Shown: positions 18,128 through 27,153 of the stretch, in pieces | How positions within the stretch are numbered: position 1 is the first letter of the stretch | Layout: each line of letters opens with the position of its first letter | Source: Candidatus Sumerlaeia bacterium | Lineage (GTDB): Bacteria > Sumerlaeota > Sumerlaeia > SLMS01 > JANRJK01 | Assembly (NCBI GenBank): GCA_033764015.1 | Contig: JANRJK010000036.1 | Location: 32,001 to 96,000 of the forward strand | Direction of reading: 5' to 3' | Length of the DNA: 64,000 nt | Notes under the pieces: generated by a model | The model's input: the letters and a program-made list of their open reading frames with translations, nothing else | What the model was told of the DNA's origin: nothing | The model's database searches: none | Made by a program: the position numbers and the translations under genes

Positions 18128-19542
18128 CGAAACGTGAAGTAGTCGACCGGCGGTAGCGGACGATTAACGAGCGCGCGGGTCCACTTGGCGGCAAGCCGCC
18201 GGTTGCGCCAGCGCCCGACGGCTAGCCGCGCGGTGCGCCGCAAGTCTCGTCGGCGCACCTCGAGTTCACCTTTTTCGTCCACTCGGATCGTATAGGGGAG
18301 GAGCTCTTCATAGAAGTAGCGCGGCACCCAGGATTGGGAAACCGTGGCCTGGTACTGGAGCGGGAGGCGAACCAGCAGCTTCAGTCTGCTCACCAGCGTC
18401 GAGGCGAAGATGCGCCGCCTGTTTGGGAAGCGCTCGCGGAGGACGTCGGCGTGGTCGGTGAACAACAGGGTGTCGAGGCGCAGCCCGGGGTAGCGCTTGT
18501 GGACGACGGCCATGGCCGCCCGGGCGGACTCGGGATCGGCGGTCAGCATGAAGCCCGCGCGGCGCAGGCGGGGTGGCGCCGTGCCGGCGGCCGGCCGCGG
18601 CTTGGGAGCGTCCGCCAACTCGGGGGGAGGCGGACCCATGCGCCCGCGCAGGGCATCGCGCAGACCCAGCCGGGCGATGTAGACTTGATCCGCCTTCCCA
18701 GCCTCCCGCGAGTTGTCGGTGAGGTTCAACGCGCGCTCTAGGTGGAGCCGGAGCAGCGGCTCCAGGCGATCCTTGGGCGCGTTGCGCCGGAGGAAGTAGA
18801 AGAAGTTCCTCAGCCCGATGTACTGCATCAACAAGCCGGACTTCACGCGGCGGTTCTGGAAGCTCTCATGGCGGACCTGCGACTCGGTCGTGGAGCGGAC
18901 GGTCCAGCCCGCGCGCTTCATGCGGATGCCCCACTCCATGTCGTCCCACAGGACAAAGTACTCCTGGTCCCAAATGCCGACTTGGCGGACCGCATCGACG
19001 CGGGCGAGGAGGGAGCAGGCCGCGACCCAGTCGGCGTCGAATCTGGCGCCGGCGGGGAGTTTCGCCAGCGGCCCCTCGCCGATGCGGGTCACACGGGCGT
19101 CGGTCCAGTCGATGCGGGCGCCGCATTCCTGCACCTGGCCGGGATCGTCGAGCAGTAGCAGCGTCGATCCCGCGAGCGCGCACTTCGGCTCCTCCCTCAT
19201 CACGCGCAGCAGCCCGTCGAGCGCGCCCGGATGGACCACGACATCGTTGTCGAGCAGCCACAGGAACTGGTAGCCCTTCGGGTCGCCCAGCCCGATGCGC
19301 ATCCCCGTGTTGAAGCCTCCCGCTCCGCCGATGTTGCGCGGCGTCACATGGAGGCGAACCTCCGGGAAGTCGTTGCGGACCATTTCCGCCGAGCCGTCCG
19401 TGCTGGCGTTGTCCACGACGAGGATGTCGAAGGGCGCGCCGCCAAGGCGGCGCAGCGAGGCGAGCAGATCGCGGAGGCAGGTCCTCTTGTTCCAGTTAAC
19501 CACGATGGCGAGGACGTTTGCCGGGGCTGCGGAAGAGGTCAT
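18124..19542 (-). CDS. Glycosyltransferase family 2 (rhamnosyl/galactofuranosyl transferase-like)
   Basis: IVVNWN, VVDNASTDGS, NIGGAGGFNTG, WLLDND, YFVLWDDMEW. Confidence 0.9.
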   Translation of the reverse strand: MTSSAAPANVLAIVVNWNKRTCLRDLLASLRRLGGAPFDILVVDNASTDGSAEMVRNDFPEVRLHVTPRNIGGAGGFNTGMRIGLGDPKGYQFLWLLDNDVVVHPGALDGLLRVMREEPKCALAGSTLLLLDDPGQVQECGARIDWTDARVTRIGEGPLAKLPAGARFDADWVAACSLLARVDAVRQVGIWDQEYFVLWDDMEWGIRMKRAGWTVRSTTESQVRHESFQNRRVKSGLLMQYIGLRNFFYFLRRNAPKDRLEPLLRLHLERALNLTDNSREAGKADQVYIARLGLRDALRGRMGPPPPELADAPKPRPAAGTAPPRLRRAGFMLTADPESARAAMAVVHKRYPGLRLDTLLFTDHADVLRERFPNRRRIFASTLVSRLKLLVRLPLQYQATVSQSWVPRYFYEELLPYTIRVDEKGELEVRRRDLRRTARLAVGRWRNRRLAAKWTRALVNRPLPPVDYFTFR

Positions 19543-19605
19543 GGAATCGGGTTTCGCCGGGAGTGCTGTTGCGAGTTGAAATCGCGCGCGGGCTGGGAGA
19601 TGCTT

Positions 19606-19621
19606 TGGCGCCTTTGATGCT
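19606..19621 (+). promoter_or_regulatory. Possible sigma54 promoter
   Basis: TGGCGCCTTTGATGCT with GG-N10-GC spacing, about 55 nt upstream of the ATG at 19676. Confidence 0.35.
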
Positions 19622-19675
19622 GCCCTCAGCGCCTAGGCAGACTTTTTCCGCCCACACCTCTGACCGAAGCAAGAC

Positions 19676-20422
19676 ATGAAGGTAGCGATCTACAGGTCCT
19701 CCGCCGATGCCGTGAACGAGTGCGTCGCCGCGCTGCTCGGCACGCCGGAGTGGGCTGTGGAGGAACTGCTCCTCGCCACCGGCATCGATACCGGGCGCGC
19801 CGGTTCCGGCGATGCCGCGCCGGAGGAGGGCGACGCTCCTTGGACGTCCGCGGCCTTCGACCCGGAGGAGATCCCCGGGGTGCCAAAACCGCGCGTCGCC
19901 TCGGAGGAAGCCGACTTCCCGGCGCACCGGATGTCCGCGGTCGTCGTCCAGCTGCGCCAATGGAACACCGGCGCCACGCTCGCCGAGGTCCTCGGCGACG
20001 GCTGGTGGCGCTTCCTCTCGGAGGACGGCGAAGAGCGGTACGTGGACACCGCGGCGGAGGAGGGCGCCAACCGCCCGCCCCGGCTGCTGCTCGAACGGCG
20101 AGGCGGGATGCTCTTCATCGCCGGCGGCGGCTCGTCGCCGAGCTGGACCGCCGCCCGCCACGAAGGGCGCCTCCATCTGGTCGACCAGGCGGGGGGCGAG
20201 CCGCAAGCCGGCGTGTTCTTCATCCCCGACGCAAAGGTCGAAACAATCGCCTGCCAGCTCCTTCAATCGCTCCGCGAACAGGTCCGCGTGCTCGGTGTCG
20301 GCATCCGCCGCGGGGACTCACCGGACGAGGGCAAGCTGCGCCTTGCGCTGCTCTTCATGGACACGGACCCGGACGATTCCGCGGAGCCGCCCGCCCCCGA
20401 GAACGACGACACGTTGTTCTAG
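19676..20422 (+). CDS. Hypothetical protein
   Basis: 248-aa ORF with host codon usage; acidic; no recognised motif. Confidence 0.6.
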   Translation: MKVAIYRSSADAVNECVAALLGTPEWAVEELLLATGIDTGRAGSGDAAPEEGDAPWTSAAFDPEEIPGVPKPRVASEEADFPAHRMSAVVVQLRQWNTGATLAEVLGDGWWRFLSEDGEERYVDTAAEEGANRPPRLLLERRGGMLFIAGGGSSPSWTAARHEGRLHLVDQAGGEPQAGVFFIPDAKVETIACQLLQSLREQVRVLGVGIRRGDSPDEGKLRLALLFMDTDPDDSAEPPAPENDDTLF

Positions 20423-20559
20423 GACTGGGCACCGTGTTGAACCGTGTTGGTGCATCGCCCGCACCTTTAGGAACGCCCCCCATCCGGCACCCTGGGCTCG
20501 CCAAGCAGCAAACAAAGCAGTATCAACATTTCGCGCGTTGACATGCACCCCGGCGGCGT

Positions 20560-20575
20560 TGGCGGGCATGTTGCC
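20560..20575 (+). promoter_or_regulatory. Putative sigma54 promoter
   Basis: TGGCGGGCATGTTGCC (TGGC-N7-TTGC), with an IHF-like TATCAACATTTCG at 20521-20533. Confidence 0.45.
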
Positions 20576-20617
20576 ACTAGGAATCACGCAGCATCCTCCA
20601 CGAAAAGGACCCGCACC

Positions 20618-21535
20618 ATGACCCGCACCATCTTGGCCGCCACGATCTTGGCCATCGCCCTTGGCGGCACCGCGACCGCCCAGCAGGACAACCGCGCCCG
20701 GATGCGCGACCGCTCCGCCGCCGTGCGCGAGCAGATGAACTCCCAGAAGCAGGCCGCCAGCGCGGTGCCCACGGAGTCGGGCACCCGCAGCATCACCTAC
20801 AACGTCAACGGCCAGACGTACACACGCTACTTCACCACCACCGTCGACGAAACCGGCGCCGTGCGCGTGATCGAAACGACCGGTCCGGACGGGAAGACGG
20901 CAGTCACGAACCAAAGCTGGTCCCGGGGCGAGGATGGCTCGGCCAAGCTCTCGTCGACTACCACCGGGCCCGGTGGGAAGACCTCCTCGTCGGAGACCGA
21001 GTGGATCATGAACGAGCTCGGCTATACCAAGACCACCACCTCGACCGGCCCCGGCGGTCGCACCGCCACCGGCGTGACGAACCGCACCCGCACCGAGAAC
21101 GGTTGGGACTCGAACAGCGTCTTCACCGGACCGGACGGGAACCAGTACACGGTCGACAGCAACTTCACCCGCAACGGTGACGGCACCGCAACGCGCACCC
21201 GCACCGGGACCGGGCCGAATGGCCAGCAGGTCGTGTCGACCGACACCTGGACGAAGACGGAGAACGGCTACCAGCGCACGCGGGTGACCGAAGGGCCGAA
21301 CGGCGGCACCTCGACCGCCACGCGCGATGTCACCCGCGACGGCAACAACGTCACCATTGACCAGTCGCGCGAGCGCACGCGTCCCGAGGGCGGTACGAAG
21401 CCCGCCGCGAGGGAAGGCGCCGCCAAGAAGGCGGAAGGCGCAAAGGGCAAGGCGGACGGCGCGAAGAAGAACAAGGATGGTGCCAAGCAGAAGAAGGGCG
21501 GCACCGGGGGCCGCAACCGGAAGCCGAAGAGCTAG
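20618..21535 (+). CDS. Secreted Thr/Gly-rich repeat protein (GP[DGN]G repeats) with Lys-rich tail
   Basis: AAAAGGA SD, signal peptide, six TGPxG-type repeats. Confidence 0.8.
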   Translation: MTRTILAATILAIALGGTATAQQDNRARMRDRSAAVREQMNSQKQAASAVPTESGTRSITYNVNGQTYTRYFTTTVDETGAVRVIETTGPDGKTAVTNQSWSRGEDGSAKLSSTTTGPGGKTSSSETEWIMNELGYTKTTTSTGPGGRTATGVTNRTRTENGWDSNSVFTGPDGNQYTVDSNFTRNGDGTATRTRTGTGPNGQQVVSTDTWTKTENGYQRTRVTEGPNGGTSTATRDVTRDGNNVTIDQSRERTRPEGGTKPAAREGAAKKAEGAKGKADGAKKNKDGAKQKKGGTGGRNRKPKS

Positions 21536-22422
21536 GCCTCGATGGCGACCTTGCGCACGGTGGTGCCGGACTTGCCGCCGCGTTTCGTTTCAAACATGAG
21601 GCGGTTGGCCTGCTCCATGAACTCCTCGATGCCGGAGGGCGGGGCATCGAAGCAGGCCGCGCCGATCGACACGGAGATGCGTCCCCGGTCCAGCGGGTCC
21701 GCGGCGAGCAGCAGCGCTTGCAGGTCGCGGCAGAACTTCGCGGCGGCGGTTTCGTCGGCTCCGTTGAGGAGCACGGCGAACTCGTCGCCGCCGACGCGCG
21801 CCGCCACGTCGGATCGACGGGTGCGCTTGGCGAGCGCGCGGCCCACGGCGCGCAGCAAATCGTCGCCGCCCGAGTGGCCCCGGGCGTCGTTCACCGCCTT
21901 GAAATTGTCCACATCGAGATAGACCATCGCGAGCGGCCCCGGGTTGCGGCGGAGCAGGTCCATGAGGTCGGCGGCTCGCTGCTCGAAGCCCCGGCGGTTG
22001 AGCAAACCCGTGAGGGGGTCGTTCATCGCGAGGGCGAGCAGTTCATCCCTCATGCGCCTTACCATGCCGATCAGGTATGCGACGGCGAGAAAGGACAAAA
22101 ACATGGCGGGGATGTTCCAGAAGAGAACGCGCAGATCGTCCGGAAGCGGGTTGGCGAGGTAGTTCGCAACGCTCCAAGCGAGGCCGGATGCAAACGCGCA
22201 CAGTAGGCCGGCGGGAGTGCCCTTCCCCCAGCCGGCTATGGCGATGGGGAAAAAGTATAGGATGAAGAGTCGCAAATCGAAGGGCGTCAGGGAATCGGCG
22301 GCGGCGACGATCGCGATCAACGCGGCACACACGGCTGCCGTGGCGGCGGGTCGGAGCGACTCGACCCAAGCGAGTACCGGAGGCGAGGATCCGGTGGTGG
22401 TGTTGGAGCGGAGTTCGTGCAT
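21532..22422 (-). CDS. Membrane-bound diguanylate cyclase (GGDEF)
   Basis: N-terminal TM helices; DPLTGLLNRR, DVDNFKAVND..GH..GD, RRSD I-site-like, ARVGGDEF. Confidence 0.92.
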   Translation of the reverse strand: MHELRSNTTTGSSPPVLAWVESLRPAATAAVCAALIAIVAAADSLTPFDLRLFILYFFPIAIAGWGKGTPAGLLCAFASGLAWSVANYLANPLPDDLRVLFWNIPAMFLSFLAVAYLIGMVRRMRDELLALAMNDPLTGLLNRRGFEQRAADLMDLLRRNPGPLAMVYLDVDNFKAVNDARGHSGGDDLLRAVGRALAKRTRRSDVAARVGGDEFAVLLNGADETAAAKFCRDLQALLLAADPLDRGRISVSIGAACFDAPPSGIEEFMEQANRLMFETKRGGKSGTTVRKVAIEA

Positions 22423-22500
22423 GGAGCGGTCCCCGGTGGCGGGGCGGTTTGGGAGCCACCCATGCCATGGTTGCCTAGCACAGGCGCCGCGGAATGGAAA

Positions 22501-22907
22501 GCTGGAAGAGGGCGTGTAAGCCGAATCCTGTGCGCCGCCCTTGCGGGCGCCGCCGCGGCCATTCCTCTAGGACGCCGGTCGCCCGGCGCCTCAAGCAACC
22601 TACCCGCAGGTTCCGCCCGCCTTGCGACGGGCACCGGGCCGGGCCGGCCCTCCCCTGCCTATTTGGTCTTGCTTCCGGTGGGGTTTTGCACGCGGACGCG
22701 TTGCCGTGCCGCGGGTGCGCTCTTACCGCACCATTTCACCCTTGCCTGATCCCGGGCTTTCGCCCTGGCCATCGGCGGTGTGTTTTCTGTTCCACTTTCC
22801 GTCGGGTCGCCCCGCCCAGGCGTTACCTGGCACCGTGCCCTGCGAAGTTCGGACTTTCCTCCGGCGCCTGTTTACGGACGCCGACGGCCGCGCCGCCCTC
22901 TTCCAGC
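22501..22907 (-). ncRNA. rnpB: RNase P RNA (type A)
   Basis: Minus strand has GGAGGAAAGTCCGAAC near the 5' end and ACAGGATTCGGCTTAC near the 3' end (P4). Terminal P1 helix GCTGGAAGAGGGCG/CGCCCTCTTCCAGC. Confidence 0.95.
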
Positions 22908-22961
22908 GCGGGAGAATGGCGCGGGCATGCGGCGTTTGGCAAGCGCCGATGGCGTCCGGCG

Positions 22962-24170
22962 TCAGCGCACCACGAATCCCCCGGCGGGACCCCGCGCGGG
23001 GAGCTCGTACACCCACACGCGCCCGCCGTCGTCCGGCGATGTGTCGGAGGACGGCGCGCCCACGTAAATCGTCCGCCCGTCGACGGCGATCGCCTCGCCC
23101 GCGGCACCGAAGGTTCGACCGGTTCCTTCGGGGAAAGTGAGGGAGCCGAGCAGCGCGCCCGTCGAGGGGTCGTGCCGGTAGACGATGCCCTTGCGGGTCT
23201 GCACCGCGTCGAACGGTCCGCGCGGTGTGCCGACCAGGAGCGCGCCTTCGGCATCCGTCGCGACGGCGGCGCCGAACCGGTCGTTGCGCCGGTTCGGCGA
23301 AGCGAGTCCGGGGCTGCGGAGCGTGGTGATGGGCAGCGGGTCGGTGCCGGCGAAAATGTACAGATAGCCGTAGGGAATCCCGTCGTCGTAGCCAGGCGCG
23401 ACCGCGAGGCCGGCGGGTGTCAGCGCCAGCGCCGCGCCGAGCAGGTTCTGCCCCTCCGTGGCGTCAGGGTAGGTGGCCAGCGGCGCGCCGTCGGACAAGC
23501 GGACGGCGTAGGCTTCACCCCCGCCAGGGGTGGAACCGGTCGTCGCGTAGATGGCGCCCGCGTAGAGGACTCCGTTCGAGATCAGCAGCGAGTTGCCGAA
23601 GCCGAAGCCGCCGAAGGTCTGGTTCGCGTTCTGGATCGTGCGCAGGTAGGCGCCGCTGTCGGCGCGGTAGAGGTGGACCACCCCCTTCGCCTTGGCCCCG
23701 GAGTCCTCGAACAAGTCCGACACGGCGATGACCTCGCCGTCCGAGGCGACCGCGGCTCCGAAGCCGCCACTGCGGTCGTCAGGGTCGGCGAGATTGGCGA
23801 TGAGGCCGCCGGAAGGCACGGCGTAGAGCGCCGCGGAACCACCGGAGAGATAGTTCGATGCGACGAGCCGCCCGGGTCCTGCGGCGGCCATCGAGATGGG
23901 AAACTGGAAGGCGCCCTGGGGCGCGTCGATCCGGGCGAGTTGCTGCCCCGTTCCGGGGTCGAGGATGTAGACGGCGCCGTTGCCCCGGCCCCGCGCGCCG
24001 ACCGCGAGGTGGGACCCGACGACGGCCAGCCGCGCACCGAATTCGTCGCCGGCGGCCGACTCGGGCACGGTGACCTCACGCACGGGAAACAGGTCCGCTT
24101 GGGCGGGAAGGCGCGGGCAGAGGGCGGGGAGGGCGGCGGCGAGCAGCAAGGCACGACTGGCGGAGCGCAT
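22962..24170 (-). CDS. Secreted beta-propeller protein with FG-GAP-like repeats
   Basis: Signal peptide; repeated FG(A)AVA...L.VG(A/T)P...G.V.(Y/V)Y units. Confidence 0.8.
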   Translation of the reverse strand: MRSASRALLLAAALPALCPRLPAQADLFPVREVTVPESAAGDEFGARLAVVGSHLAVGARGRGNGAVYILDPGTGQQLARIDAPQGAFQFPISMAAAGPGRLVASNYLSGGSAALYAVPSGGLIANLADPDDRSGGFGAAVASDGEVIAVSDLFEDSGAKAKGVVHLYRADSGAYLRTIQNANQTFGGFGFGNSLLISNGVLYAGAIYATTGSTPGGGEAYAVRLSDGAPLATYPDATEGQNLLGAALALTPAGLAVAPGYDDGIPYGYLYIFAGTDPLPITTLRSPGLASPNRRNDRFGAAVATDAEGALLVGTPRGPFDAVQTRKGIVYRHDPSTGALLGSLTFPEGTGRTFGAAGEAIAVDGRTIYVGAPSSDTSPDDGGRVWVYELPARGPAGGFVVR

Positions 24171-24458
24171 GGCGGGACTCCCGGAATGGAAAGAAAACTC
24201 CCCCCGAGGGGGCCCGGGGGGAGCAGGTCGGTGACTTCGGATGCTGCCTCGTCTCAGATGGCCGAGAGTGCGATCACCCGAACGAGGGCAGTTAGGAATC
24301 TGCCACCTCGCTGTAAGGCCAGGTACTGCACATCGGACCACCTCCTTTCCCAGCGTTGCCGCTGTCAAAACCGATTCCGCCGTTACCGTCAAGAGCGGAA
24401 TGGGGGGTGCCGCGATTTTTTTTCACAGCTTCGCGGCCGAGGAGGCGGGAAGCCGGAA

Positions 24459-24947
24459 TCAGGCCGCGTCGGGGTCCGCGGCGAGGCCCTCGCGGAGCTT
24501 CGAGAGGAGGTTGCCGAGCTGGCCCACCTCCGCTTCGGAGAGGCCGCGCAGCAGGACCGCGTTGGCGCGCTTGACGGGGGTTTCGAGCTGGCGCAGGAGC
24601 GCGCGCCCGGCGGGCGTGATCCACACACGCACCGCGCGGCGGTCGGCGGTGTCGCGCTTGCGCACGGCCCAGCCCCGCGCCTCGACCTTGTCGAGCACGC
24701 GCGTGAGGTCCGGAACCGGCGTGGGGAGGAGCGCGGCGACGGCGCCGCAGAGCAGGCCGTCCTGACCCGCGCCGCGCAGCGCCACCAGCGTGTGGTACTG
24801 TGCCGGGGTCATGCCCTTCGCGCGCAGGATCTGCGCGAGGCCGTACTGGAAAATCTCGGCGGACCGCACCATGGAGAGCACCGCGTCGGCGATCTCGGCT
24901 TGGGTGTCGGGTGCGTCGTGGTTGGTGCGAAGGGACTTGGGGGTCAT
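24459..24947 (-). CDS. MarR-family transcriptional regulator
   Basis: GMTPAQYHTLVALRGA, PDLTRVLDKVEARGW, DRRAVRVWITPAG. Confidence 0.9.
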   Translation of the reverse strand: MTPKSLRTNHDAPDTQAEIADAVLSMVRSAEIFQYGLAQILRAKGMTPAQYHTLVALRGAGQDGLLCGAVAALLPTPVPDLTRVLDKVEARGWAVRKRDTADRRAVRVWITPAGRALLRQLETPVKRANAVLLRGLSEAEVGQLGNLLSKLREGLAADPDAA

Positions 24948-25089
24948 CGGCGTTTCCTCGAAGAATTCTCCGCGCGAGGCAGGCAACCCGCGACGAGCGC
25001 CCGCGCGCGGGAACAACAGCAAGGGGAAAAGCCTTGGGATTGCCGCGCGCGCGCCGTTGTGGCGTGGTTGAGGTTGCGGAGGCGTCGGG

Positions 25090-26856
25090 ATGGCGGGAGC
25101 GCGGAGGGACAGCCGGTTGGTGCGCAGGCTGGCCTGGCTGGCGGTGCTGGGCTTCGTTCCGCTTTCGGTGCTGGCGTATCTGGCGCGCATCGCGTACACG
25201 CCCAGCGGGATCAACGCGCGGATCGCCGCGGCGCCGAAGGCGTCGGCGGAGGCGGAGCCGCCGGGGCTGGCGGGATTACCGATGCTGCAGGCATCCGCAC
25301 TGCCGGATCGAGAGCAGGCGGGCACCGGGGACCCGCCACCAAGCCCACCCCCGTACGAGCCTTTTCTGGCCGCTCATGTGTGGTGGAGAAGGACATGCTT
25401 GTACATCCCGTTGGATGGCGGGCGGGGTACCTGCTTCGAGCCGGAATCCCCCTACCGGGGTGTCACGGAATCTTTCTTCGCGGAGCGAACGAGAGACCGC
25501 GAGGATCAAGAGAGGCTCGCCGACCTCGCCGCAGCGAGTCCGGGTGAGAGCGCCGATGTCAGCGAGTGGCCGCCCCAAGACGATCTGGCGTATCTCTTCG
25601 ATCTCGGAACCGACGACGCGGGGCAGGAGCACAAAATCGAGACCTTCGACCCGGTCTCGGACGCGGACTTGTTGGCGGGAATCGGTAAGCTCAAGGCAAC
25701 CGACCCGACAGTCCTGTTCACCGAGTCCCAGCGCATCCTGGCGGCATCCGATCCACCGCCTATCGATGATCGCGATGGCGCCTACGCGGTGTCCCAGAAG
25801 GCGGAATCCGCATTCATGCTCGGTGTCATCGTCCAGTTCCTCCGGCAGAAAGACGACCACGCGAGGTTACTCGAAGAGATCCGCGGCTTTCACGGGGCGC
25901 TCCTTCACAGGGCTGCCAGCCAGCGTGATGAATTGGATTTATCGAGCGTGCTAGGCTTCGCACTCATGCGGATTGAGGGGATGGCCAATATGGGGTTCCT
26001 GAATGCGGAGGAGGCGGTGGCGCTCACACGCGAGCTGGTTCCACTCCGGTTGTCGGAAGCGGACCGGAGGGCATGGAAGAACGAATTTTTGCTCCGATAC
26101 GCCAAGGCCCACGCGAACCGCATTCGGCGCGAGGGACTCGGCCCTGAGGACGCGGGGAGGCTCAGGGAGTTCTTCGCCGGCGGCGCGCTCGCCAAGGCGA
26201 GCAGGTTCGTCGCGGCGCAAGCGCTCGCCACCGACCTGGAGCGATTCGCGATCGCCCGGCGAACCGGAGAGGAGCGTTGGGCAGAGCTTCTGGGGCTCCG
26301 AATGCGGGCGGTTTCCCTAGCCGTTAACGCGGATTTCAATCCCGATAGCGGCGAAATCGTGGTCGACACCTTCAGTTATCCGGCAGGTGTCTTCGAGCAG
26401 CTCGAGGGCAACCAAGTCCTCTGGCTCGCCGAGGAAGACCGAGACGACTACTGGCACCGCTGGCGGCTCATCGACACCATCGTGCGCGCCCACCTCTACG
26501 AGCACCGCAACCGCGAGGGCAGCTTCCCGGACGACCCGCTCTCGGTGCTTCCCGCCGACGCGCTCCGCGAGGCGCGGGAACTCGGGCTCGAGTGGGCGGC
26601 GATCCGGTGGGTGGAAGGCCGCTGGTTTGGCCCCGATGGCTCCCGGATCGATCCCGTTGCGGCGGGAAAGCCCAGGGTGCCGCTGCTGATCCTATGCGTG
26701 GACATCCCCAAAGGCGAGGTTAAGGGGATCAGCGGAAGCCCCGCGCCAGCCAATCCGCCCCGCGACCCCGTGGCGATCATCCTGGGGCAGCTCGCCGATA
26801 ACCCGCTGGAACCACTGCTTTGCAGGATTCGCGAGGCGGAGGGTGCGGGGCGGTGA
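25090..26856 (+). CDS. Hypothetical protein with N-terminal membrane anchor
   Basis: 588-aa ORF with one N-terminal TM segment and helical composition. Confidence 0.6.
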   Translation: MAGARRDSRLVRRLAWLAVLGFVPLSVLAYLARIAYTPSGINARIAAAPKASAEAEPPGLAGLPMLQASALPDREQAGTGDPPPSPPPYEPFLAAHVWWRRTCLYIPLDGGRGTCFEPESPYRGVTESFFAERTRDREDQERLADLAAASPGESADVSEWPPQDDLAYLFDLGTDDAGQEHKIETFDPVSDADLLAGIGKLKATDPTVLFTESQRILAASDPPPIDDRDGAYAVSQKAESAFMLGVIVQFLRQKDDHARLLEEIRGFHGALLHRAASQRDELDLSSVLGFALMRIEGMANMGFLNAEEAVALTRELVPLRLSEADRRAWKNEFLLRYAKAHANRIRREGLGPEDAGRLREFFAGGALAKASRFVAAQALATDLERFAIARRTGEERWAELLGLRMRAVSLAVNADFNPDSGEIVVDTFSYPAGVFEQLEGNQVLWLAEEDRDDYWHRWRLIDTIVRAHLYEHRNREGSFPDDPLSVLPADALREARELGLEWAAIRWVEGRWFGPDGSRIDPVAAGKPRVPLLILCVDIPKGEVKGISGSPAPANPPRDPVAIILGQLADNPLEPLLCRIREAEGAGR

Positions 26857-26950
26857 ATGGGCCGCGACCGCAGGCAACGCACCGACAACCGAGCGGCTCG
26901 GCAGAGGGCGGTTCAAAACCCGAACAGACCCCGGGAGGGACCGAACAGGT

Positions 26951-27055
26951 GCAGCCCCGGCATTCATGCCGACGTCGCCGCGGCAGTGAACACCGGGCCC
27001 CGGTAGCGGTCCGGCCCGTTTGCCGACTGATCCCCGGTATCAATGCCGGGGCTAC
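26951..27055. repeat. REP-like inverted doublet (REPIN/BIME-like)
   Basis: GCAGCCCCGGCATTCATGCCG (26951-26971) and the inverted GTAGCCCCGGCATTGATACCG (27055-27035); each is palindromic with a G(T/C)AG foot. Confidence 0.6.
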
Positions 27056-27153
27056 GATTGTTGCGCCCGTGCCGGGGCGGGGGTGGTTCGAGCCACACCG
27101 TGGACAAACGGCTGCGGCGGCGTGTCCAGTCGCGAACCGCTGGGCACCCCCCG

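Noticed and set aside
22494..25547. 1017-aa plus-strand ORF
   Set aside because: Shadow ORF antisense to rnpB, the FG-GAP gene and marR; Arg/Gly/Ala-rich artefact of high GC.
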